From: Candidatus Eiseniibacteriota bacterium
GTDB lineage: Bacteria; Eisenbacteria; RBG-16-71-46
DNA length: 64,000 bases
Assembly: GCA_044222065.1 (NCBI GenBank)
Contig: JBGAOA010000009.1
Location: 1-64,000 of the forward strand
Direction: 5' to 3'
In this document: positions 19,248 through 34,562 of the stretch, in pieces
Layout of the letters: every line of letters begins with the position of its first letter
Position numbering within the stretch: position 1 is the stretch's first letter
Notes under the pieces: model-generated
Seen by the model: only the letters and a program-made list of their open reading frames with translations
Told to the model about the DNA's origin: nothing
Database searches by the model: none
Made by a program: the position numbers and the translations under genes

Positions 19248-19670
19248 CTACTTCTTCGCCTTCTTCTTCGTCGCCGGCTTCTTCTTGCCCGAGGCGCGCA
19301 GCGCCTTGGCCTTCGACTTCCGATCCGAGACCTTGCGCTTCACGGCGCGCTTCTTCGCGGCCTTCTTCGCCGGCTTTGCGGCCGGCGCCGCCGCCTCGGC
19401 CTTCTTCGTCGGCTTGCTCGGGCGCTGCCAGCTCATGCCGACCTTGCGGAGCAGCGACGCCACCTGCTCGGACGGCTGGGCGCCGTTCTCGATCCAGCTC
19501 GCCACGCGCTCCTTCTTCACTTCGAGCTCGAACGGCTTCGCGATCGGGTTGTAGTGGCCGAGGATCTCGAGGAACCGGCCGTCGCGCTGGCGGCGCGAGT
19601 CCGCCGCGACCAACCGATAGAAGGGGCGCTTCTTCGCCCCGGCCCGCATCAGGCGAATCACTACCGCCAT
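19248..19670 (-). CDS. rpsP: 30S ribosomal protein S16 with Lys/Ala-rich C-terminal tail
   Basis: MAVVIRLMRAGAKKRPFYRLVAADSRRQRDGRFLEILGHYNP...GAQPSEQV. Confidence 0.97.
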   Translation of the reverse strand: MAVVIRLMRAGAKKRPFYRLVAADSRRQRDGRFLEILGHYNPIAKPFELEVKKERVASWIENGAQPSEQVASLLRKVGMSWQRPSKPTKKAEAAAPAAKPAKKAAKKRAVKRKVSDRKSKAKALRASGKKKPATKKKAKK

Positions 19671-19741
19671 GGGTGTTGCCTCCTGGTTGAATGACTCGGC
19701 GCCGCGCGCGCGTGCGCCGCTCGTGATCTCGTTCGATCGAC

Positions 19742-21070
<1,329 letters not shown>

Positions 21071-21128
21071 TGGCCCTTCCGTCTGTTGAAGCGCGGGAAT
21101 GTAGCACAGCGACCGCGCGAATCGAAGC

Positions 21129-21818
21129 CTAGAGCGCGACCGCGCGCCGCAGCGCCTCGACCGCAGCCGCGGGGGACGACGCCCGATAGACGCTGTTGCC
21201 CGCGACGAACACGTCGGCGCCGGCGGCGCGCGCGCGCGGCGCGGTGTCCACGCCGATGCCGCCGTCCACTTCGATCAGGTAGCGCAGTCCGTGGGCCTCG
21301 CGATGGCGCTTCGCCGCCTCGACCTTCGGCATCATGTCGGCCATGAACGACTGGCCGCCGAAGCCGGGCTCGACGGTCATCACGAGCAGCAGGTCGAGTT
21401 CGGCGGCGTGCGGGAGCGCGGCGTCGAATGGCGTGCCCGGCTTGAGCGCGAGCCCCGCGCGCATGCCGGCGCCGCGGATCGCGGCGAGCACGTCCGCGAG
21501 CGGGCGGTCGTGCGCCGCCTCGACGTGCACGGTCACGAGATCCGCGCCGGCCTTCGCGAACGCGGGAACGAGGCGCTCGGGGCGCTCGATCATGAGGTGC
21601 ACGTCGAGGAACGCGGGCGTGAGCTTGCGGGCGGCCTCGACGATCAGGGCGCCGAACGTCAGGTTCGGAACGAAGTGATTGTCCATCACGTCGCAGTGCA
21701 CCCACTCGCGCGCGGGATCGGCGATCGCGAGGTCTTCGCCGAGCTTCGCGAAGTCGGCGGACAGGATGCTCGGGGCGATGATGGGCGGGCGCAGCGGCAG
21801 CGGCGGTCGGACGGTCAT
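21129..21818 (-). CDS. rpe: Ribulose-phosphate 3-epimerase
   Basis: IAPSILSADF, HCDVMDNHFVPNLTFG, DVHLM, MTVEPGFGGQ, EVDGG. Confidence 0.97.
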   Translation of the reverse strand: MTVRPPLPLRPPIIAPSILSADFAKLGEDLAIADPAREWVHCDVMDNHFVPNLTFGALIVEAARKLTPAFLDVHLMIERPERLVPAFAKAGADLVTVHVEAAHDRPLADVLAAIRGAGMRAGLALKPGTPFDAALPHAAELDLLLVMTVEPGFGGQSFMADMMPKVEAAKRHREAHGLRYLIEVDGGIGVDTAPRARAAGADVFVAGNSVYRASSPAAAVEALRRAVAL

Positions 21819-21931
21819 CGGCGCGGCAGTGTGCGCGAAGCGCGCGCGCGCGCGCAACGCTCCCCGAGCGAAACGGCGCCCGCCCACTGCGGGCGGACGC
21901 CGCTGCCGAACGAGCGCCGTGCGTCGCTCGC

Positions 21932-22660
21932 TCAGTGTTCGGGTGAGGCCCCCGGGCCGTGCGCGTCCGGGACGTCGTGCCCCGGGCCGGGTCCGCCGGG
22001 TCCGCGCTCGTGCATCGCGCGCAGCTTCTCGCGCTGGGCGGGCGTGAGCACGTCGGCGATGTCGAGGTGCGTCATCGTGCGCGACTTCTGCACGCCCGCG
22101 CGCACGCCGGAGGCGCGGTCGATCTGCGCCGCGATCGCGGCGCGGTCGGGCTTGTCGGCGCGCACGAGCTTCCGCAGGTCGAGTTCGGCGAGTTCGAGGT
22201 TCTTGCGCGATTCGATGTCGGCGCGGCGCTGCCGGTCGAGCAGGTCCTCGATCTTGCCGCGCTGGGCGCTCGTCAGGTCGAGCGATCTCAGCAGCGCGTG
22301 AGCGTGCGCGGCCGGACCGCCGTGCATCCCGCCCCCCGCGCCGTGGCCCATCGGCCCCATGCCGCCGTGCAGGCCCGCGCCGGGGCCCATCGGTCCCATG
22401 CCGCCGTGCATTCCGGCGCCGGGGCCCATCGGTCCCATGCCGCCGTGCAGACCCCCGCCCGGTCCGTGCGCGAAATCGAGATCGAGTTCCGCGTCCCACG
22501 GGTCCTCGCCGGCGAGCGCCGCGGCGAGCGCTTCGTCCGACGCCGCGAGCTTCGCCGCGCCGGGGTCCTCGGCGGGCGCCGCCGCGGCGCTCGCGATCCA
22601 CGCCGCGCTCGAGAGCGCGAGCAGTCCGAGCGTCCAGGTTCGCATCCGGTTTCCGTTCAT
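21932..22660 (-). CDS. Spy/CpxP (LTxxQ) family periplasmic protein with His/Met/Gly repeats
   Basis: Signal peptide; LDLTSAQ and VLTPAQR motifs; RBS GAGGAGG. Confidence 0.85.
   Translation of the reverse strand: MNGNRMRTWTLGLLALSSAAWIASAAAAPAEDPGAAKLAASDEALAAALAGEDPWDAELDLDFAHGPGGGLHGGMGPMGPGAGMHGGMGPMGPGAGLHGGMGPMGHGAGGGMHGGPAAHAHALLRSLDLTSAQRGKIEDLLDRQRRADIESRKNLELAELDLRKLVRADKPDRAAIAAQIDRASGVRAGVQKSRTMTHLDIADVLTPAQREKLRAMHERGPGGPGPGHDVPDAHGPGASPEH
22318..22465 (-). repeat. In-frame 39-bp tandem repeat encoding GPGxG(L/M)HGGMGPM, three copies plus a degenerate fourth
   Basis: Translation GPGGGLHGGMGPM-GPGAGMHGGMGPM-GPGAGLHGGMGPM-GHGAGGGMHGG; boundaries approximate. Confidence 0.85.
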
Positions 22661-22721
22661 CGGTTCCTCCTCGGTTTCAGCCAGGGACATCGGGGGCACG
22701 CGCCGCGCGGCGCGCGAACGA

Positions 22722-23117
22722 TCAGTGATCGAAGAGGCTCGGATCGTCCGCTCCCGGGGGCGGCCGGCGCGACACCGGATGGAGGCGCGCCTCCAGTTCG
22801 CGGAAGCGCGCGCGCTGCCGGTCGTCGAGCACGCGCTCGAGTTCGAGCCGGGTGCTCTCGCGCACGGCGTCGAAGCGCACGCGGTGGTGGCCGAGCACCT
22901 CGTGGAAGCGAGCGCGTTGCGCGTCGGTGAGGTCGAGTTCGCGCACGACGCGATCGAGCATCGGATGGGCGCCCGGTCCCGCGCCCGCGAACGGCGGCGG
23001 GCCGAGGCGCGGCGGCCGGTGCGCGCGCATCAGCGCGAACGCCGAGACGAGCCCGAGCGTCGTGCCGAGCAGGAACGCGGCGAGCAGGCCGACGACGATC
23101 TGCTGGCGCGGCGTCAC
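22722..23117 (-). CDS. Membrane-anchored periplasmic LTxxQ/heavy-metal-sensor-like protein
   Basis: GTGA overlap; TM IVVGLLAAFLLGTTLGLVSAFAL; ELDLTDAQRARF...VLDDRQRARF. Confidence 0.72.
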   Translation of the reverse strand: MTPRQQIVVGLLAAFLLGTTLGLVSAFALMRAHRPPRLGPPPFAGAGPGAHPMLDRVVRELDLTDAQRARFHEVLGHHRVRFDAVRESTRLELERVLDDRQRARFRELEARLHPVSRRPPPGADDPSLFDH

Positions 23118-23494
23118 GACGGCCCTCCGCTGTCGCGCGCGGCGCCGTGGGGCGCGGCGTCGGATGCGGGCTCGCCGGACTCGCCGAGCAGGTCGTCGGC
23201 GATCGAGCCGCCGCCCGACGCGAGCGAGGCGACGAGCGAGCCGCGCGAGGACGTCGCGGCGCCGCCGCTCCACAACCCGCCTGCGGCGAGCGCGACGACG
23301 CCCGCGGCGGCGGCGGCGGCTAGCGCGGCGGGCCGGAACCGCCACGCGAGCGCGGGCGGCGCGAACGACGCGCCGGCGGCGCGCGCCGCGAGCCGCGCGC
23401 GCGCGCGGGCGAGCGATGCGGGCGGCGCGTCGGCGCGCACCGAGGCGAGCAGCCGCGCGAGCCGCGCGTCGTCGCGATCGAGCGGCGCGCTCAC
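23114..23494 (-). CDS. Putative single-TM anti-sigma factor
   Basis: GTGA overlap with ECF stop; short cytoplasmic helix, then TM AALAAAAAAGVVALAAGGLW. Confidence 0.65.
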   Translation of the reverse strand: MSAPLDRDDARLARLLASVRADAPPASLARARARLAARAAGASFAPPALAWRFRPAALAAAAAAGVVALAAGGLWSGGAATSSRGSLVASLASGGGSIADDLLGESGEPASDAAPHGAARDSGGPS

Positions 23495-24060
23495 GCGCCC
23501 CCCTCCCGCGCGAGCGGCGCGAGCGCGGCCTTGAGCTGCGCGCGCGCACGGAAGAGGCGCGCGCGCAGCGCACCCTCGGCGATGCCGAGCGTCGCGGCCG
23601 CCTCGGCGTAGGGCAGTCCGACGCGGTGGCACAGCACGACCGCCTCGCGCTGCTCCGCGGGCAGTGAGGCGATCGCGCGTTCGAGCGCGGCGAGCGTGGT
23701 CGCCGAATCGAGCGCCTCGTCCCAGCCCTCGACCGGGTCCACGCGCAGTCCCGCGCGCTCGATCCGCGCGGCGTCGTCCAGGTCGCCCGCGATGAAGCGA
23801 CGACGGCGCAGCCGGTCGCGCGACAGGTTGAGCACGATCCGCAGCGTCCACGCCTTGAGCCCGCCCGTGCCGCGGAAGCCGCCCGCCTTCTCGAACACGC
23901 GCACGAGCGCGTCCTCGACGACGTCGTCGGCTTCGTCCCGGTCGCGCAGCAGCGTGCGGGCCAGCGTGGTCATCGCCCCTCCGTACTCGCGGTAGATCAC
24001 CGCGAGCGAGTCCAGGTCGCCGGCCGCGAGCTGCGCGATGAGTCGTTTCTCGTCGTCCAA
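23491..24060 (-). CDS. ECF RNA polymerase sigma factor
   Basis: EADDVVEDAL, LKAWTLRIVLN, LPAEQREAVVL...YAEAAATLGI...RARLFRAR; TTG start after GGAGGAG. Confidence 0.92.
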   Translation of the reverse strand: MDDEKRLIAQLAAGDLDSLAVIYREYGGAMTTLARTLLRDRDEADDVVEDALVRVFEKAGGFRGTGGLKAWTLRIVLNLSRDRLRRRRFIAGDLDDAARIERAGLRVDPVEGWDEALDSATTLAALERAIASLPAEQREAVVLCHRVGLPYAEAAATLGIAEGALRARLFRARAQLKAALAPLAREGGA

Positions 24061-24090
24061 CCGCGCGGCTCCTCCCGGCGTTCGGAGTAG

Positions 24091-24117
24091 AGACGATCGG
24101 GGACCGGCCCGCGTTAC
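24091..24117 (-). promoter_or_regulatory. Putative autoregulatory ECF promoter
   Basis: Minus strand GTAAC-N17-CGTCT, 30 bp upstream of the ECF start; fits the AAC/CGT ECF consensus. Confidence 0.55.
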
Positions 24118-24154
24118 GCGGATTCCCGGGCCCGTCGGGCAGGGCGCGCCCGGT

Positions 24155-24997
24155 TCAGCGGATGACGCGTCCGGCGGCCTGCAGCGCGATCGTCGCGTCG
24201 CGCGTGATGCGGGCGCCGGCGGGCGGGTCCTGCGACACGATCGCGCCGACGTTCGGCGCGGACGGCGGAACGAGCACGCGGAAGCCGAGCGATTCGAGCT
24301 GGCGCCGCACGCCGCCGATCTCGCGCCCGACGACGTCGGGCATGACGAACACGTCCGGGCCGCTGCCCGAGGAGACGAGCAGCCCGACCGGCGTGTCGCG
24401 CGGAAGCACCATTTCGGCCGACGGATCGGAGGCGACGACGAGTCCGTCGCCGACCTCGTCGCTCGGCGCGCGCGTGATGCCGCCGACGCGCAGGCCCGCG
24501 CGTTCGAGCAGCAGCCGCGCGCCGCGCAGCGATTCGCCGTACAGCTCGGGCACGCTCGAGAATTCCTCGCCGAGGCTCACGATCACGGTCACGCGGCGCT
24601 TGCCGCGCACGGGCGTCTCGGGCGGCGGATCCTGCGACAGCACGAAGCCCCGCGGCACCGACGGATCGAAGCGCTCGCCCGCGCGCGAGACGACGAGCCC
24701 GAGCGGGCGCAGCTCGCGCTCGGCCTGCTCGAGCGTGAGGTTCGAGAGGTCGGGCACGCGCACGGCGCCGGCCGAGTGAACGAGCCGCGGCATGACGACG
24801 TTGTTGAACACGAACAGCCCGGTGCCGAACGCGGCGAGCGCGAACAGCAGCAGCGCGAACAGGCCGGCGAGCCGGTGGCGGCGCGGACGCCGCGGGCGCG
24901 GGCGCGGGCCGTCGCCGGCGCCGCGCTCGTCCTCGAGCTCGACGACGATGCCGTCGTCCGGCGCCTCGCGCCCGTCGGGTTCGCGCGGCTCGCTCAC
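24155..24997 (-). CDS. PASTA-domain membrane protein (three PASTA repeats)
   Basis: TM helix, then VPDLSNLT, VPELYGES, MPDVVGRE repeats with SQDPP. Confidence 0.9.
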   Translation of the reverse strand: MSEPREPDGREAPDDGIVVELEDERGAGDGPRPRPRRPRRHRLAGLFALLLFALAAFGTGLFVFNNVVMPRLVHSAGAVRVPDLSNLTLEQAERELRPLGLVVSRAGERFDPSVPRGFVLSQDPPPETPVRGKRRVTVIVSLGEEFSSVPELYGESLRGARLLLERAGLRVGGITRAPSDEVGDGLVVASDPSAEMVLPRDTPVGLLVSSGSGPDVFVMPDVVGREIGGVRRQLESLGFRVLVPPSAPNVGAIVSQDPPAGARITRDATIALQAAGRVIR

Positions 24998-26394
24998 GAC
25001 TTGCGCAATCTCACGGCGAACGCCCCGTCGCAGCCGTGGACGTGCGGCAGCACGAGCATCGCGCCGTCCTCGCGCACGACGGCCTCGGGCAGCACGCCGC
25101 GCGCGGATTCGCGCCGGAACTCGCCGTGCGCGGCGAGGAAGCGCTCGACGACCGCGTCGGTCTCTTCGGGCTCGAACGTGCACACGCTGTAGACGAGCAG
25201 GCCGCCCGGACGCACGCGGCGCGCTCCGGCCTCGAGCAGCTCGAGCTGGACCGGGGGCAGCTCCTCGAGCGTCGCCGCGTCCTTGCGCCAGCGCGCGTCC
25301 GCGCGCCGCCCGAGCACCCCGAGCCCCGAACACGGCGCGTCGACGAGCACGCGGTCGAACGGCATCGGGAAGGCGTACGTGCGGCCGTCGCCCTGCACGA
25401 CGTGAACGCACGTCGTGCCGAGCCGTTCGACCGTGGCGCGCAGCCCCACGACGCGCGCCTCGGCGCGCTCGAGCGCCCACACCTCGCCGTCGTCGCCGAC
25501 GAGTTCGGCGAGGTGCGTGCACTTGCCGCCCGGCGCCGCGCACAGGTCGAGCAGCCGCTCGGACCGCTCGGGCGCGACGAACCGGCCGACGAGCGCCTCG
25601 CTCTCGTCCTGCGCGGTGCAGCGCCCGTCGCGGAACGCGGCGAGCGCGAGCGGCGACTCGCCCGCCTCGAGCCACACGAGGTCCGGCGACAGCGCGGCCG
25701 CGCGCGCGCCGACGCCGTCGCGCGCGAGGGCCGCGAGCAGCGCCTCGCGCGTGCCCTTGAGCGCGTTCACGCGCAAGCCCACGGGCACCGTGCGGTTGTC
25801 CGCGAGCAGCAGCGCGCGCGTCGCCTCGACGCCGAAGCGCGCGAGCCAGCGCGACACGATCCACTCGGGATGCGAGCCCCACGCCGCGAGCGACGCCGCG
25901 TCGTCGCCGGACGGCAGTTCGAGCGCGCCCTTCTCCTCGACGAGCCGGCGCAGCACGCTGTTGACCAGTCCGGCCGCGCCCGGGTGCGCGTACTTGTGCG
26001 CGAGCTTCACCGACTCGTCCACCGCGGCGTGCGCCGGGATGCGGTCGAGGAACACGATCTGGTAGGCGCCGAGGCGCAGCAGGTTCCGCACCCAGGGCTG
26101 CGTCTGCGCGAGCCCGATGTGGATCCGGCGGTCGAGCAGGTGGTCGAGCCGCCCGCGCCAGCGCAGTGTGCCCTTCACGAGCTCGTGCAGCAGCGCGGTG
26201 TCGCGCGGATCGTCGAACGACTGCTCGTGCGCGCTCTCGAGCAGCCGGTCGCTGAACGCGTTGCGAGTGTCCACGGCCTGCAGGATGCGCAGCGCCGCCT
26301 CGCGCGGATTCGTGGGCGCCGCTTCGCGCTCGCGCGCGGAACCGCGGAAGCGGCGGCCGGCGCCGCGCCGCGGGCCGCCCGGACGCGGCTTCAC
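24994..26394 (-). CDS. rsmB: 16S rRNA m5C967 methyltransferase RsmB (NusB-like N-terminus)
   Basis: LRLGAYQ, SHPEWI, DLCAAPGGK, DAPCSGLG, YSVCT, DGAF. Confidence 0.95.
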   Translation of the reverse strand: MKPRPGGPRRGAGRRFRGSAREREAAPTNPREAALRILQAVDTRNAFSDRLLESAHEQSFDDPRDTALLHELVKGTLRWRGRLDHLLDRRIHIGLAQTQPWVRNLLRLGAYQIVFLDRIPAHAAVDESVKLAHKYAHPGAAGLVNSVLRRLVEEKGALELPSGDDAASLAAWGSHPEWIVSRWLARFGVEATRALLLADNRTVPVGLRVNALKGTREALLAALARDGVGARAAALSPDLVWLEAGESPLALAAFRDGRCTAQDESEALVGRFVAPERSERLLDLCAAPGGKCTHLAELVGDDGEVWALERAEARVVGLRATVERLGTTCVHVVQGDGRTYAFPMPFDRVLVDAPCSGLGVLGRRADARWRKDAATLEELPPVQLELLEAGARRVRPGGLLVYSVCTFEPEETDAVVERFLAAHGEFRRESARGVLPEAVVREDGAMLVLPHVHGCDGAFAVRLRKS

Positions 26395-27353
26395 GCGCCC
26401 TCCGCGGCGGGCGCGAACGCGAGCGATTCGCCGGGCTCGAGCCGGGCGCCGCGCGCCCACTCGGTCGCGTCGAGTTCCGTGCGGCCCTCGGGCTTCACGC
26501 GCAGCACGAGCAGCGCGCCCGGATCGCACGCGACCGCGACGCCCTCGGGCGTCACGGCCAGCACCTCGCCCGGCGCGCGCGCGACGCCGAGTTCGTGGTG
26601 CGGCCACGCACGCGTCACGATCAGGCGCTTGCCGCGGTGAGACGCCGTCGCGCCGGGCCACGGCGTCACGGCGCGCACGCGGTTCCAGGTCGCGATCGCG
26701 CCCGCGCGCCAGTCGAGCGCGCCGTCGAGCTTGCGCAGCTTGCGCGCGTAGCTGCCGGCGGCGCGGTCCTGCGGCCGGCGCGGCGCCCGTCCGGCGTGCG
26801 CGAGCAGCAGGCTCTCGGCGAGCAGCGGCGCGCCGAGCCGCGCGAGCTTCGCCGCGAGCGTGCCGGCGTCGTCGCCGGCTTCGATCGGGTGCCAGCGCTG
26901 CAGGATGCAGTCGCCCGTGTCGATGCCCTCGTCCATCCACAGCGTCGTCACGCCGGTCGTCGCACGGCCGTCCCAGAGCGCGCGCTGCACGGGCGAGGCG
27001 CCGCGGTAGTCGGGCAGCATCGAGCCGTGCAGATTGATGCATCCGAGGCGCGGTGCGCGGAGGAGTTCGGGGCTCAGGATCGAGCCGAATGCGACGACCG
27101 CGAACAGGTCGGCGCCGAGCGCCGCGAGGCGCGCGCGCACGTCCGCCCCGCGCAGGTCGGCGGGCTTCTCGACCGGGAGCCCGAGACGCTCGGCTTCGAT
27201 CGCGACCGCCGAGGCGCCGGTCTTCTGGCCGCGCCCCTTCGGCCGGTCGGGCTGCGTCACGACGAGCGCGACGTCGCAGGTCGCGGCGGCGGCCGCGAGC
27301 GCGGGCACGGCGAAGTCGGGCGTGCCCATGAAGACGACGCGCGGGCGGGTCAA
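26391..27353 (-). CDS. fmt: Methionyl-tRNA formyltransferase
   Basis: FMGTPDFA, TQPDRPKGRG, INLHGSMLPDYRGASP, DTGD. Confidence 0.97.
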   Translation of the reverse strand: MTRPRVVFMGTPDFAVPALAAAAATCDVALVVTQPDRPKGRGQKTGASAVAIEAERLGLPVEKPADLRGADVRARLAALGADLFAVVAFGSILSPELLRAPRLGCINLHGSMLPDYRGASPVQRALWDGRATTGVTTLWMDEGIDTGDCILQRWHPIEAGDDAGTLAAKLARLGAPLLAESLLLAHAGRAPRRPQDRAAGSYARKLRKLDGALDWRAGAIATWNRVRAVTPWPGATASHRGKRLIVTRAWPHHELGVARAPGEVLAVTPEGVAVACDPGALLVLRVKPEGRTELDATEWARGARLEPGESLAFAPAAEGA

Positions 27354-27907
27354 ATCCGGCCCTCCGGCCCCGCGCCGGGGTGGTAGCCCTCGGGCAGCTC
27401 CCCGCGGGACAGCGATTCGAGCGAGCGCTTGAGGAACTGGCGCTTGAGCGGCGACAGGCGGTCCACGAACAGCACGCCGTCCAGGTGATCCACCTCGTGC
27501 TGGATCGCGCGCGCGAGGTAGCCGTGCGCCTCGAGTTCGTGCGGCTCGCCGCGCTCGTCGAGATAGCGCACCGTCACGTCGAGCGAACGAGGCACGTCGT
27601 CGAAGATCCCCGGGATGGACAGGCAGCCCTCCTCGCCCTGCTCCGAGCCCTCGCGCCCGACGATCACGGGATTCACCATCGTGTGCTCGTGATCTGGCTC
27701 GCCCTCGACGTCGGCGGGCACGCTCACGACCAGAATGCGCTGCAGCACGCCGACCTGGTTCGCGGCCAGTCCGACACCCCGGTACGCCTTCATCGTCTCG
27801 CGCATGTCGGCCGCGAGTTCGCCGAGCGAGGCGTCGAAGGACGTCACCTCGGCCGCGCGGGTGCGCAGCACGGGGTCGCCGTAGATGCGGACCGGCCGAA
27901 CGCTCAC
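27350..27907 (-). CDS. def: Peptide deformylase
   Basis: GVGLAANQVG, EGCLS, QHEVDHLDG. Confidence 0.98.
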   Translation of the reverse strand: MSVRPVRIYGDPVLRTRAAEVTSFDASLGELAADMRETMKAYRGVGLAANQVGVLQRILVVSVPADVEGEPDHEHTMVNPVIVGREGSEQGEEGCLSIPGIFDDVPRSLDVTVRYLDERGEPHELEAHGYLARAIQHEVDHLDGVLFVDRLSPLKRQFLKRSLESLSRGELPEGYHPGAGPEGRI

Positions 27908-28230
27908 TTCGCCGCGTCCGTGACGACCTGGACGATCGCGCTCTTCGCGAACTCGACCTTGAGGTCGTCGGCGATCTTCAGCACGGCGCGCTGCTCGTCG
28001 ATCGAGTGCACGATGCCGAAGATGCCGCCGGTCGTGAGCACGCGGTCGCCCTTCTTGAGTTCCTTGAGCATCGCCTCGGCCTTCTTGCGGCGCTGCTGTT
28101 CGGGGCGGATCAGCAGCAGGTAGAGAATCAGGAAGATCGGGACGAATTGCAGCAGCTGGAGCAGCATCGTGATCGTCGGATTGCCCGAGCCTCCGGGTCC
28201 GGCGGCTTGCGCGAACGCGTCAGTCCACAT
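27904..28230 (-). CDS. yajC: Preprotein translocase subunit YajC
   Basis: YLLLIRPEQQR...LKKGDRVLTTGGIFG. Confidence 0.95.
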   Translation of the reverse strand: MWTDAFAQAAGPGGSGNPTITMLLQLLQFVPIFLILYLLLIRPEQQRRKKAEAMLKELKKGDRVLTTGGIFGIVHSIDEQRAVLKIADDLKVEFAKSAIVQVVTDAAK

Positions 28231-28263
28231 GCGTGATCTCTCCCTGGGGCGCCGCGCGAGCGG

Positions 28264-32091
<3,828 letters not shown>

Positions 32092-32096
32092 TCCGC

Positions 32097-32126
32097 TTGA
32101 CCCGGATCGGAGCCGGTTCCTAGAGT
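32097..32126 (+). promoter_or_regulatory. Putative sigma70-type promoter of the acpS-carboxylase-mutase operon
   Basis: TTGACC-N18-TAGAGT, 47 bp upstream of acpS. Confidence 0.55.
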
Positions 32127-32173
32127 CCGCTCGATTCCGTCCGCCCGCCCACCTGGCGTCTCCCGGAGGTCGA

Positions 32174-32547
32174 GTGCCCGTCCGCGGCATCGGTGTCGAC
32201 GTGGTCCAGATCCAGCGCATCGTCGCCTCGCTCGAACGCTTCGGCGAACGTTTCGAGCGGCGCATCTTCACCGACGCCGAGCTCGAATACTGCCGCCGCC
32301 ACGCCGATCCGCTGCCGCATCTCGCGGCGCGCTTCGCGGCCAAGGAGGCGGCGTCCAAGGCGATCGGCACCGGCATGAGCCACGGCATCGGCTTCAAGCT
32401 GTTCGAGGTGATCCAGCCGGGCGGACACCAGCCCCGGCTCGACTTCCACGGCGCGGCGAAGGAGCGTTTCGACGCGCTCGGCTGCAGCGGCTCGCACCTC
32501 TCGCTCACGCACGACGGCGGCGTCGCGATCGCCTGCGTGGTGCTCGA

Positions 32548-32551
<4 letters not shown>
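32174..32551 (+). CDS. acpS: Holo-[acyl-carrier-protein] synthase
   Basis: GIGVDVV, AARFAAKEAASKAIGTG, LSLTHD. Confidence 0.95.
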
Positions 32552-34043
<1,492 letters not shown>

Positions 34044-34047
<4 letters not shown>

Positions 34048-34562
34048 GCCGCTTCTGGGTCACGCTCGAGGGCCGCGACGCCGAGGTCGGGTTCCGCACC
34101 GAGAACGAGCGGCTCGTGATCGAACTCGAGGGCCGCACGCTCGAGGCCGACTTCCTGCGCCTTCCGGACGGCGAGGTGTACTCGCTGCTCGTCAACGGAC
34201 GGTCGTACGAAGTGCGCGTGAGCGACACGCCGAACGGCGTGGACGTCGCGCTCCTGTCCACGAACATCCCGGTCGAGGTGCGCCACCCGCTCGAGAAGCT
34301 GCTCCAGTCCACGGCCGGCGCGCGCGCGGGCTCGGGGGGCGAGACGGTGTCGGCGCCGATGCCGGGCGTCGTCGTCGCGCTGCGCGTCGCGGTCGGCGAC
34401 ACGGTCGAGGCGGGCCAGACGGTCGCGATCGTCGAGGCCATGAAGATGCAGAACGAACTCGCCGCGCGCTCGGGCGGCGTCGTGAGCGAGGTCCTCGTCG
34501 GCGAGCGCACGTCGGTCGCCGCCGGGCAGCCGCTCGTGAAGCTCAAGGCGGCGGGCGCGTGA
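34044..34562 (+). CDS. Biotin carboxyl carrier protein with BT-like N-terminus
   Basis: [10 protein letters not shown] start (ATGA overlap); [13 protein letters not shown] biotinylation motif. Confidence 0.92.
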
